From: a virus
Taxonomy: Duplodnaviria > Caudoviricetes
Direction: 5' to 3' (one strand)
Length of the DNA stretch: 40,976 nt
IMG/VR virus record: IMGVR_UViG_3300020440_000029
Coordinates: 1 to 40,976 of that record
The notes under the pieces were generated by a model, which was not told the DNA's origin, ran no database searches, and saw only the letters and a program-made list of their open reading frames with translations. Shown one piece after another: positions 19,976-27,555 of this stretch. The position numbers and the translations under genes are program-made. Every line of letters starts with the position of its first letter. The first letter of the stretch is position 1.

Positions 19976-20719
19976 TTATCCGGGCTGGTTTTGACTTGTT
20001 AAGCCACCTAAGCCGCTTATTTGTACTGACCCTTTGCCAATAGAAGATGGACGTATTGCTGAGAAGCAGTACCACTTGTAAGCGCTGTTTGGGTTGTTTG
20101 TGACTAGCGAAATCAAACCTGAATTATAAGTGTTCGATGTGTTGGTAACACCAGTAAGCACCCCATCACTATTGAAGTCGATGCGGTAGCCTTTTGCACC
20201 ACCTTGACTACCACTTGAGTCTGCGTCCCATCGCAGCACTACGTTTGTAGCTGTTGATGCTGTTGCACCACCATACATAACAACGTGGCTACTGTTTGTT
20301 GAGCAATCTTCATTTTGGTTAATACTTATGTTCAGCTGTAATATGTAATCATTGCTTGGCTCGTCTGGATTTGTACCTGCTCTAAACACAGGCTGGTAGT
20401 ACCTGACTCTGCTTGTTGTAGAAAACGAAGTTGGTGTCGCTGTTGAGCTCTGAGCAGTGATGCCTGTACCTGAAGAAGACGGACCAACATCGTAACGCAT
20501 GTCAAAAGCAATATTACGAGTTGTATCTGGTGGGCGATTACGTTGTGAGTAAAAGTCACTTACGGCAATTATACCTGAACTAGGTATAGTCGTTGTGTAA
20601 GCGTGTGCCTCTACTTCTGTGCCACCTCTGTAGTATTCGCTCATGGCTATAGGATTACTACCGCCAAACTCAGTCTGCAGCTCACTAAGTGCAAGCTGTC
20701 CACTAGCTGTAATAGGCAT
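19976..20719 (-). CDS. putative tail-fibre tip / receptor-binding protein
   Basis: SGQLALSELQTEFGGSNPIAMSEYY N-terminal motif; S/T/G-rich. Confidence 0.55.
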   Translation of the reverse strand: MPITASGQLALSELQTEFGGSNPIAMSEYYRGGTEVEAHAYTTTIPSSGIIAVSDFYSQRNRPPDTTRNIAFDMRYDVGPSSSGTGITAQSSTATPTSFSTTSRVRYYQPVFRAGTNPDEPSNDYILQLNISINQNEDCSTNSSHVVMYGGATASTATNVVLRWDADSSGSQGGAKGYRIDFNSDGVLTGVTNTSNTYNSGLISLVTNNPNSAYKWYCFSAIRPSSIGKGSVQISGLGGLTSQNQPG

Positions 20720-20728
20720 GCGAGCCTC

Positions 20729-21262
20729 CTACGGAGTTGAGTCAAAGGCGACAACATCACCAGCGGTGCGTATGGTGCCATCACTTTCGATACTTAGTAT
20801 CAATGTTCCGCCGTACTTGATGTGCAGATCAGAACCAAAGGCTTGTACAGAGAAAGCACTGCCTGTGTCTTGAAACTGTATCTCTTTGTTATTGGCGTTC
20901 AGGTTGCCACCTAGTACAGGTGATGTGTCACTTTGTATGTTGGTCGCCTGATTGATGTCTGTGATACCTGACAGCGTGTTTATGTTCGCTGCAGTGACTG
21001 TCACACCATCGAGTATGTTGAGCTCTGATGTGGTGACTGTTGCACCAGCTAATATGTTTAACTCTGCGGTTGTCGCAGTTACTCCATCGAGTTTGTTAAT
21101 CTCTTCATCGCTAGCTGTAACAGCAGCATCGATATTAGGAAATGTAGCTTGTAGTGAGCTCTTGATCAGGCGTAGGTGATCGTCTGCCTGTGAGACGGTA
21201 TCAGTAGCTGTTGGGTTTGTTGCAACTAGCTGATTTATATAGGTTGCTGACTCAAGAGCCAT
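20729..21262 (-). CDS. short tail fibre protein
   Basis: start at MALESATYI (AGGAGG RBS); ADDHLRLIKS, ELNILDGVT repeats; C-terminus paralogous to 32-2041. Confidence 0.65.
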   Translation of the reverse strand: MALESATYINQLVATNPTATDTVSQADDHLRLIKSSLQATFPNIDAAVTASDEEINKLDGVTATTAELNILAGATVTTSELNILDGVTVTAANINTLSGITDINQATNIQSDTSPVLGGNLNANNKEIQFQDTGSAFSVQAFGSDLHIKYGGTLILSIESDGTIRTAGDVVAFDSTP

Positions 21263-21518
21263 GGAAACCTCCTGCATTTATGGGGGCACAAATTGATTAG
21301 TAACATCTAACAACAACAATCCCCGACTTTTTCGAAATGCGATCATTCATTTTCATAACGAAATCGTTCGAAAAAAGGGAGCTTAAGTTGTTGATTTTAT
21401 TAATTATTTTCAAACGAATTAACGAATGTGATTAGATAATAAATCTAATTATAAAATTAAACGAAAAGGATATTTAATTCGAATAAAATTCTTTTTTATA
21501 AAAATCGAATATTTTTCG

Positions 21519-21542
21519 AACGCAAATTTTTATATTTAATGA
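21519..21542 (+). promoter_or_regulatory. class A motif copy 1 (AACGC-N15-ATGA variant)
   Basis: aacgcaaatttttatatttaatga; same spacing as the other copies. Confidence 0.6.
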
Positions 21543-21587
21543 AAGAAATTAAAAAATCGAAATCGAAATTTATTCGAATATTTTTCG

Positions 21588-21611
21588 AACGCGAATTTTA
21601 ATTCTTTATGG
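21588..21611 (+). promoter_or_regulatory. class A putative phage promoter copy 2
   Basis: aacgcgaattttaattctttatgg then acaaa and GGAGA RBS. Confidence 0.75.
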
Positions 21612-21635
21612 ACAAAATAAATTCGGAGAGTTTTT

Positions 21636-21863
21636 ATGAAATTAAATGAAAATAAAATATCGATCGAAATTATAAATAAATATTTCGAAATATTTTCGAG
21701 ATTAGATCCGAAAGAATTCGAAAACGGAATAGATTTATTCGAAGAATTAAACGAAATCGATTCGAGAATTGTAAGCGATATAGAATTTGAGTGTTTCGAT
21801 CGCGATTCGGAAATCGATAATGTTTATAATGTTATTTTCGAAATTATAAAATCGATAAATTGA
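21636..21863 (+). CDS. acidic 75-aa protein, first cassette gene
   Basis: own promoter, RBS and terminator; 19 D/E versus 8 K/R. Confidence 0.7.
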   Translation: MKLNENKISIEIINKYFEIFSRLDPKEFENGIDLFEELNEIDSRIVSDIEFECFDRDSEIDNVYNVIFEIIKSIN

Positions 21864-21889
21864 GAGAGCGAAAGCTCTCTTTTTTTTTT
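21862..21889 (+). terminator. intrinsic terminator T1
   Basis: AGAGAGC-GAAA-GCTCTCT plus T run. Confidence 0.9.
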
Positions 21890-21891
21890 CG

Positions 21892-21915
21892 AACGCAAAT
21901 TTTTCGACTTTATGA
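21892..21915 (+). promoter_or_regulatory. class A motif copy 3 (ATGA variant)
   Basis: aacgcaaatttttcgactttatga. Confidence 0.6.
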
Positions 21916-21948
21916 AATCATTTTAATTTAGTTTTCGAATATTTTTCG

Positions 21949-21972
21949 AACGCAAATTTTAATGCTTTATGG
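21949..21972 (+). promoter_or_regulatory. class A putative phage promoter copy 4
   Basis: aacgcaaattttaatgctttatgg; near-identical context to copy 2. Confidence 0.75.
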
Positions 21973-21998
21973 ACAAAATAAATTCGGAGATCGAAAAA

Positions 21999-22466
21999 AT
22001 GCCTAAAACAATCGAAGTTCGTAATGATGTATTCGTAACAGGTTCAGTCGCGTGTGATTTTAAAGATTTGAGAGAATTTTATCGTTTAAATGTCGAAACA
22101 TTTATTAAAGCATTTGACGAATGTGCGAAAATCTTAAAAGTCAAAAATGCGAAATTATTATTTAATAATATTCGTAAAAAAGGCGAAGTGGGTTGTTACG
22201 TTCATGGAATTCATCAAATCAAAATCGATGTTCGTTCGTTCGACGTAAAGCAAATCGTTTCGACAATTATTCACGAAATGACTCATGCTCAACAAGCTCA
22301 AAACGGAAAACTTTCTCCTTCGAAAGATGGAAAAAGTATGATTTGGGCGAAAAAAGAATTCGCGAAAGCAAAATCTCATGACGAATATTTGAATTTGCCA
22401 TGGGAAATCGAAGCGAGAAAGAACGAAGAAAAATATATCGATCAAGTGATGAAAGCCATCGCGTGA
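21999..22466 (+). CDS. zincin-type metallopeptidase (HExxH)
   Basis: TIIHEMTHAQQ ... LPWEIEAR; start moved to ATG 21999 after GGAGA RBS (ATG 21969 is part of the promoter motif). Confidence 0.8.
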   Translation: MPKTIEVRNDVFVTGSVACDFKDLREFYRLNVETFIKAFDECAKILKVKNAKLLFNNIRKKGEVGCYVHGIHQIKIDVRSFDVKQIVSTIIHEMTHAQQAQNGKLSPSKDGKSMIWAKKEFAKAKSHDEYLNLPWEIEARKNEEKYIDQVMKAIA

Positions 22467-22474
22467 CGAAAACG

Positions 22475-22510
22475 AGAGAGTGAACGTAAAAGTTCGCTCT
22501 CTTTTTTTTT
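22475..22510 (+). terminator. intrinsic terminator T2
   Basis: AGAGAGTGAAC-GTAAAA-GTTCGCTCTCT plus T run. Confidence 0.85.
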
Positions 22511-22596
22511 ATATGAAATTCGACGAAGGCAAAACGAAGTAGTTTATTTTTCGTCAATTTATTTTTTCGATCAATTTAGTTTTCGATTTGATTTCA

Positions 22597-22620
22597 AACG
22601 CAAATTCATTTGCTTTATGG
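22597..22620 (+). promoter_or_regulatory. class A putative phage promoter copy 5
   Basis: aacgcaaattcatttgctttatgg-acaac, AAGGAG RBS. Confidence 0.75.
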
Positions 22621-22642
22621 ACAACAATTTAAGGAGATGACG

Positions 22643-22741
22643 ATGCGTCAATTATTTACGTTCATTTGTGAGTGTTTATTTCTCGTAATGTTATTCGCGT
22701 TCTGTATCGGTTTAATAATCGTGGGAGCACCATTAGCATGA
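22643..22741 (+). CDS. 32-aa membrane peptide MRQLFTFICECLFLVMLFAFCIGLIIVGAPLA (not in ORF track)
   Basis: AAGGAG RBS; ATGA coupling to the next gene; one hydrophobic helix. Confidence 0.65.
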   Translation: MRQLFTFICECLFLVMLFAFCIGLIIVGAPLA

Positions 22742-23034
22742 ACGATGTAAAGAAATTCGGAATAGATCTTGGTCGTTATCAAACTATGTTTGGCGACGAA
22801 CTCGACACCTTAATAGAAAAGTTCGAACATACTCACCTTTACGATTTAGCTGATCGTATTCTTCGTGTTGAGTCACCTCATTTATTTGATGGTGACAACG
22901 ATGTTTTAGAAGAATGTTATGACGATTTTGCTGAACAACTTTTCGAGCTTGTACAAGAACTCGGCAAACACATATTCGGTTATGAATTATACGCTGTGTA
23001 TATAACCGGAGATCGGAATATTAACGATGAATGA
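22738..23034 (+). CDS. acidic hypothetical protein (98 aa)
   Basis: start moved to ATG 22738 (GGAG upstream, ATGA overlap). Confidence 0.65.
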   Translation: MNDVKKFGIDLGRYQTMFGDELDTLIEKFEHTHLYDLADRILRVESPHLFDGDNDVLEECYDDFAEQLFELVQELGKHIFGYELYAVYITGDRNINDE

Positions 23035-23167
23035 AAATCAACTCGCTCGCATAAAAGAACTCGTTGAACTTTTAACGTGGGATTACGACAGACTTTCAAG
23101 TTCTGGTCGTAAAACTATCGATGAATTGTGTAAGGAGTTAGGTATCGATGATGAAGACGGAGAATAA
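23027..23167 (+). CDS. 46-aa protein MNENQLARIKELVELLTWDYDRLSSSGRKTIDELCKELGIDDEDGE (not in ORF track)
   Basis: fills the gap and overlaps both neighbours. Confidence 0.6.
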   Translation: MNENQLARIKELVELLTWDYDRLSSSGRKTIDELCKELGIDDEDGE

Positions 23168-23333
23168 ATATCTCGTTGTTATCGACGAAAGTGGTTACGC
23201 AGTAATTTTGCAAGAACCCGACTGCGATGACATTGAAGAATGGGTCGAAGATCGTTACGGACTTAACTGTCATTATCAATTAGTTTGGTCAGTAATCGAT
23301 CGAAGTGACGTACCAGCAAACGAATTAGATTAG
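23148..23333 (+). CDS. acidic hypothetical protein (61 aa)
   Basis: AAGGAG RBS; stop abuts terminator. Confidence 0.65.
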   Translation: MMKTENKYLVVIDESGYAVILQEPDCDDIEEWVEDRYGLNCHYQLVWSVIDRSDVPANELD

Positions 23334-23356
23334 AGGGCGAAAGCCCTCTTTTTTTT
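23332..23356 (+). terminator. intrinsic terminator T3
   Basis: AGAGGGC-GAAA-GCCCTCT plus T run. Confidence 0.9.
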
Positions 23357-23371
23357 CGTTCGCTTATTACA

Positions 23372-23395
23372 AACGCAAATTTTGTCACTTAATGG
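23372..23395 (+). promoter_or_regulatory. class A putative phage promoter copy 6
   Basis: aacgcaaattttgtcacttaatgg-acaac, AAGGAG RBS. Confidence 0.75.
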
Positions 23396-23416
23396 ACAAC
23401 AATTAAGGAGACGAAT

Positions 23417-23839
23417 ATGTCGTATATTAAAAACTATTCTAATCGTTCTTCATTCGCATATCAGTTTAGCGTTGACAGCAAACAAGACGAAGATCTGATC
23501 GCGCTGCAAGAACGTGTGCGTGTTCATAACGAAATGGTTCGTAAAGCGTGTCGCAGATTTAATCGAGTTAGTTCTTACGACAAACTGCAAAAAGTATCGT
23601 TAATGGCACGTGGCCCTCGTAATCACGATGGTCGCCGTTATCATTCAAATCTTCCACATAAATACGCAGTCTATTTTGATGTGTATTTGTCAGAAGATCG
23701 TGATGCGTTTTTGTCACTTAAAAGAGAAATCGAGGAAGGTTATACGTCTTCAATGTGGCGTAAGAAACGTGATCTCGAACATCAAGTATGGCTTATCGAG
23801 CACGCTGCAAACATGCGTGTTCGTGAAAGGGCAGCGTAA
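23417..23839 (+). CDS. hypothetical protein (140 aa, basic)
   Basis: RBS and promoter; ARGPR motif. Confidence 0.75.
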   Translation: MSYIKNYSNRSSFAYQFSVDSKQDEDLIALQERVRVHNEMVRKACRRFNRVSSYDKLQKVSLMARGPRNHDGRRYHSNLPHKYAVYFDVYLSEDRDAFLSLKREIEEGYTSSMWRKKRDLEHQVWLIEHAANMRVRERAA

Positions 23840-24168
23840 TGAGTACAATCGAGCATAGTTACGGAGATGATTGGATTCTAATCGAGTCCAATTATCCCGA
23901 GATAGAAGACGACTGTCTTGTGTTTAAAAGCGATGAAAATTTTCACATTCAAATCACCGAACACTCGTGTGGTAAATGTGTAATTTACAACGTTGTCGAA
24001 CATATACCGACAAGATACACAAGTGAAAACGGTCAAGAATATGATTATAAATATTGGCTTGAGACCGATAATTTCAACGATGCAGCAGACGAAGTATTTC
24101 GAGAATACAATGCGAGATGCGAAGATGCGATAGAAAATCCGGACTCACCAAAATACACGGATAATTAA
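23839..24168 (+). CDS. acidic hypothetical protein (109 aa)
   Basis: TAATG coupling; followed by terminator. Confidence 0.7.
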   Translation: MSTIEHSYGDDWILIESNYPEIEDDCLVFKSDENFHIQITEHSCGKCVIYNVVEHIPTRYTSENGQEYDYKYWLETDNFNDAADEVFREYNARCEDAIENPDSPKYTDN

Positions 24169-24173
24169 CTAAC

Positions 24174-24198
24174 AGAGGGCGAAAGCCCTCTTTTTTTT
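24174..24198 (+). terminator. intrinsic terminator T4 (identical stem to T3)
   Basis: AGAGGGC-GAAA-GCCCTCT plus T run. Confidence 0.9.
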
Positions 24199-24213
24199 CG
24201 TCCGTTCATTACA

Positions 24214-24237
24214 GACGCATTTTTTGTTGCCTTATGG
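24214..24237 (+). promoter_or_regulatory. class A putative phage promoter copy 7
   Basis: gacgcattttttgttgccttatgg-acaac, AAGGAG RBS. Confidence 0.75.
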
Positions 24238-24260
24238 ACAACAACTACAAGGAGACGATT

Positions 24261-24635
24261 ATGTCATCAATTTTATCTTACTATATCGGCGATCACCAAA
24301 CTGTTGGCGAAAAGCTGTCAAGTTGTGATGCAGGCGATATTCGTGATCTAATACAACATTGTATGGAGCTTCTTCGTGACAACCACGACATTGATACTGA
24401 CGAACTTGAGAATGCTATTGATGCACTCGAAATAGTTCGTGAATACGATGTTTCTGTGACAGTCAGTTTCGATTTGTCAGTACGTGTCAAAGCGAGGAGT
24501 GATGACGCAGCGGAAAGCTACATCAAAGACGACTGCAATGCGATTGATCTCGTTACCGAGATGTACGACGACGATATTATATCTGTCGACACACAACATA
24601 TCGGCATTGATGTTCAAGAAGTTAGCGAAGCGTGA
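24261..24635 (+). CDS. very acidic hypothetical protein (124 aa)
   Basis: start moved to ATG 24261 after AAGGAG; D/E-rich. Confidence 0.7.
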   Translation: MSSILSYYIGDHQTVGEKLSSCDAGDIRDLIQHCMELLRDNHDIDTDELENAIDALEIVREYDVSVTVSFDLSVRVKARSDDAAESYIKDDCNAIDLVTEMYDDDIISVDTQHIGIDVQEVSEA

Positions 24636-24736
24636 TGAAAGCGATATGCAAACTCGTGCTGGTGATAATAGGCCTCGCGCTTGTTATCATCGGCATTTTA
24701 TTTCCAATGATCTTTAAACGACCGAGGGATGACTAG
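24635..24736 (+). CDS. 33-aa membrane peptide MKAICKLVLVIIGLALVIIGILFPMIFKRPRDD (not in ORF track)
   Basis: TGATG coupling; single hydrophobic helix with basic flanks. Confidence 0.6.
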   Translation: MKAICKLVLVIIGLALVIIGILFPMIFKRPRDD

Positions 24737-24738
24737 TT

Positions 24739-24939
24739 ATGACTCGTAAACATTACACAATGCTCGCACAATGGTGCGGGCAAAGTAACGTAAGTGATTT
24801 CCGTGTAGAAAATCTCATGGAATTACTCGAAGAAGATAATCCCAACTTCGACAAATCTAAATTTCGTAAAAAGTTTCTCGAGCATCGAGATAACTACGAA
24901 ACATATAATCGTGAACTAATTGCAAGGCTGAGAGCGTAA
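24739..24939 (+). CDS. small hypothetical protein (MTRKHY...DNPNFD..KF type)
   Basis: GAGG RBS; stop lies in the terminator loop. Confidence 0.7.
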   Translation: MTRKHYTMLAQWCGQSNVSDFRVENLMELLEEDNPNFDKSKFRKKFLEHRDNYETYNRELIARLRA

Positions 24940-24957
24940 GCTCTCGGCCTTTTTTTT
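24924..24957 (+). terminator. intrinsic terminator T5 closing the + strand block
   Basis: AAGGCTGAGAGC-GTAA-GCTCTCGGCCTT plus T run. Confidence 0.9.
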
Positions 24958-25400
24958 CGTTTATTTCTTAAATCGATGTTTAAAGAAAACGATGGTATTA
25001 ATCGCAGTGTTTAACGTGACGGCGAATATTAGCCACAGTTCCCAAAAGTCTGGCAAAACGCTCTCCCTAAAAAGCAATCCATTTATTTTTTCGATTTACG
25101 CTTTTTTGTCTGCGATGCTTTCAAAGCCTTTGCAGTCGGAGCGCCTTTTTGCCCTGGCTTTCTCATTTTCTCGCCTGATCCAGCTTTGATGCGTTTGCGC
25201 TTAGCGTGTATATTATCCCAAAGACCGCGCGGCATTATTTAGAGCCTCGCTTTTTGCCTTTACCACCTTTTTTCTTTCCATAAGCCATTTTATGCTCCAT
25301 TTTTGACATTAGTTCGTTGAACGACGCTCTAGGATGGCCAAGGAGCACACCTCTTCAGGTGCTCCTGTAGCCTAATATCCTAAAAGTACTGAAATGAAAC

Positions 25401-27290
25401 CTAGGCTATCTCACAGGCGCCAGAGGCACATGCAAGCTCTTGAGAGCCAATTGTTTCATCATTTTCTTCTATCATCTGATCCCAGTTGATTTGTTTCGGC
25501 ATCTTCTTCAAAAACGCCTCATACTCTTCTTTGCTGCACTCGGTATATGGTGCTTGTTGATAGCTGCCACCGTCATACGGCAAGAATGAGATACCACTGA
25601 TGTCGTCAAAGTTTCTCCACACCCATGCACCAACTGTTGGCCACTCGTGTTCTTTAACAGACACAGTGATTGATGGTTTGTGTTCACACCAGTTTTCTTG
25701 GTATGTCTTCCACAACTCGAGGTGATCAATAGGTGTCACGTCGTCTCTTGTAAGACACTCATCAGGTGCTTTAATAGGAAACGAAAATACTGTTGTAGTA
25801 TCTGGTTTCATTACACATGGTTCTGCAGGCACACCCTTGTCAATCAAGAACTGTGTCAGTGGATCTTTGTTATCACCACGTACTGTTCGGATGTAATACT
25901 TGCTATGACGAGCATGGATACCAGACGCACTGTTAACGAGCTGTGATACTGTACCCGAAGGTTTCACACAGGTTATCGAAGCTGACCATGGGATCGCTAA
26001 GATCTCTGCCATTTGAGCATTCGCGTGCTCAGCCACCTCACGTAAATCATTTAGTACTGTGGGCAGCAGCTTTTTGTTTTCTTTGCCTTGGCCTGCCATC
26101 AGTTTGTTATCTAAAATGCCTGTGAGACTAACACCAAGTAATCGTTCTTGCTCAGTGTTTGTTTTCCATATCTTGCGTAAGTACGGAAAGTCTGTGAACG
26201 TAGCTTGTATTGTGCCAAGTATACTAGCGACCCTCACCTTTTTCTTGAGAGTATCTATAGTATCGTGTGGTCTAACGACCACTTCGGTTAAATTGCAGAA
26301 CTGGTATGGGCGCAGTATGATCTCACTACACGGATTAGTTCCGAAGTCGTGTTCACTCTCACGCTTGTTATACTTTGCTGCCTGCTTCTGTGAAGCGACC
26401 CGATTGAATATTCCACGTTCACCTGAATGGCTCTCATAGAGTGACTGCCACTCCTGCATAAAAGCACCGACATCAGGTTTTTCTGTGTACGACACACTGT
26501 TGTTTGCTAGGGCTCTTTGTGGATTAGCTTTCCACCAGTCGCCTGATTTAGCTTTGCGCATCCTGTCATCACTGAGGTTACTTAGCGAGATCATTGCTGA
26601 CCTGCGTACACCACCGACAACCACAATCTCACCTATTTTGCACATGAGATCATGACACTCTAACGAGTTCAGGTTACGACCTGCTGCAGCTTTGAATGTG
26701 TCTACTGTAAATCTGAATAAATCTTCCAGTGGCAATGGCCCTGAGGCTCGACCACCAAACTTCTTTAGACGTGCACCTGCTGGTCTCACTTTGCTCGTGT
26801 CCCACTTAGGGATTTCACCAGCATACAATAAGGCAATCACTTGTCTGAATGCCTTAGACCATCCTTCTTTGCTGTCCTTGACCACAATGGTGGTATTAGA
26901 TGCAAATAGTTGTTCTGGTATTTCTGGGAGCTTTGAGATGTACTGGCGCTCAACTGAGAAGCCGACACCTGTACCACACATAAGTATGAACATAGCTTCG
27001 TCGAAAGCCTTGGGGTCATCAACGACAACATAAGAACAGTTATATCCGCATGTGTTGTCTCTGCGGAGAGCTTCACCAGCTGTCATGAGGGCTCTCATGG
27101 ATGGCATTACGTCTTTACGTATTATTGCCTCTTTGACTTCAGCTAGGATCTCTTGTGGTATCTTGCTGCGTTCTTCAGACATGAAGTTGATGTATCTATC
27201 AACTGTTTCTTCCCAATGTTCACGTCTATTTTTTTCGTCGATATATCGTGCATATCGACTCTTATGGATAAAGTCTTCGTATAGGTTCAT
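25401..27290 (-). CDS. nrdJ: class II (adenosylcobalamin-dependent) ribonucleotide reductase
   Basis: VMPSMR, GGVRRSA, TNPCSEI, CVKPSGT, C-terminal ACASGACE; no nrdB present. Confidence 0.9.
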   Translation of the reverse strand: MNLYEDFIHKSRYARYIDEKNRREHWEETVDRYINFMSEERSKIPQEILAEVKEAIIRKDVMPSMRALMTAGEALRRDNTCGYNCSYVVVDDPKAFDEAMFILMCGTGVGFSVERQYISKLPEIPEQLFASNTTIVVKDSKEGWSKAFRQVIALLYAGEIPKWDTSKVRPAGARLKKFGGRASGPLPLEDLFRFTVDTFKAAAGRNLNSLECHDLMCKIGEIVVVGGVRRSAMISLSNLSDDRMRKAKSGDWWKANPQRALANNSVSYTEKPDVGAFMQEWQSLYESHSGERGIFNRVASQKQAAKYNKRESEHDFGTNPCSEIILRPYQFCNLTEVVVRPHDTIDTLKKKVRVASILGTIQATFTDFPYLRKIWKTNTEQERLLGVSLTGILDNKLMAGQGKENKKLLPTVLNDLREVAEHANAQMAEILAIPWSASITCVKPSGTVSQLVNSASGIHARHSKYYIRTVRGDNKDPLTQFLIDKGVPAEPCVMKPDTTTVFSFPIKAPDECLTRDDVTPIDHLELWKTYQENWCEHKPSITVSVKEHEWPTVGAWVWRNFDDISGISFLPYDGGSYQQAPYTECSKEEYEAFLKKMPKQINWDQMIEENDETIGSQELACASGACEIA

Positions 27291-27363
27291 ATAGGTCTCT
27301 CTAAGTATATAAGTATAGGATCTTATTCTTCTTCACTTAGAGAGATCCTTAGGATCTATAGGA

Positions 27364-27385
27364 CTCTCTAAAGTGCGGCGTCTTA
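27364..27385 (-). promoter_or_regulatory. class B T7-like promoter upstream of nrdJ
   Basis: TAAGACGCCGCACTTTAGAGAG matches T7 TAATACGACTCACTATAGGGAG at 17 of 22 positions. Confidence 0.75.
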
Positions 27386-27389
27386 AACG

Positions 27390-27427
27390 AAAAAAAAGTC
27401 CCCCAGCCATTTGCATGACTGAGGGAC
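27390..27427 (-). terminator. intrinsic terminator
   Basis: 13-bp stem with two G-U pairs on the - strand, GCAA loop, U8. Confidence 0.9.
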
Positions 27428-27555
27428 CTGGACAACTACTCGGAGATGAGTAGTATTCTGTGAGTATACTCTGTTATTGCTGCTCTTTCTTCGGATCCCG
27501 AGTGCGAGCAGCAGATTCCTCGGTTAACGTCTTAGCTTCAAGGTGCTAAGATACC
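27390..27555 (-). ncRNA. putative structured small RNA (~166 nt)
   Basis: class A promoter upstream, consecutive hairpins, terminator, no ORF. Confidence 0.6.

Noticed and set aside
843-21179. Many short + strand ORFs antisense to structural genes (likewise across 25680-40461)
   Set aside because: Shadow frames of well-supported - strand genes, without RBS or motifs
21862-24191. GC-GAAA-GC hairpins as N4-type hairpin promoters
   Set aside because: They follow stop codons, carry U tracts and sit on the non-template strand, so terminator is the simpler reading; a dual role is not excluded
21500-24960. CRISPR array or integron attC cassettes
   Set aside because: Repeats resolve into promoter, RBS and terminator parts separated by whole genes; no constant spacer length, no attC R-box pattern, no cas or intI
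24992-25189. 65-aa + strand ORF after terminator T5
   Set aside because: No RBS or class A promoter, lies beyond the terminator, low-complexity T-tract sequence
27390-27555. Cobalamin riboswitch upstream of nrdJ, or a self-cleaving ribozyme
   Set aside because: No B12-box or hammerhead core visible; nrdJ has its own promoter downstream of the terminator; an Rfam search is still needed
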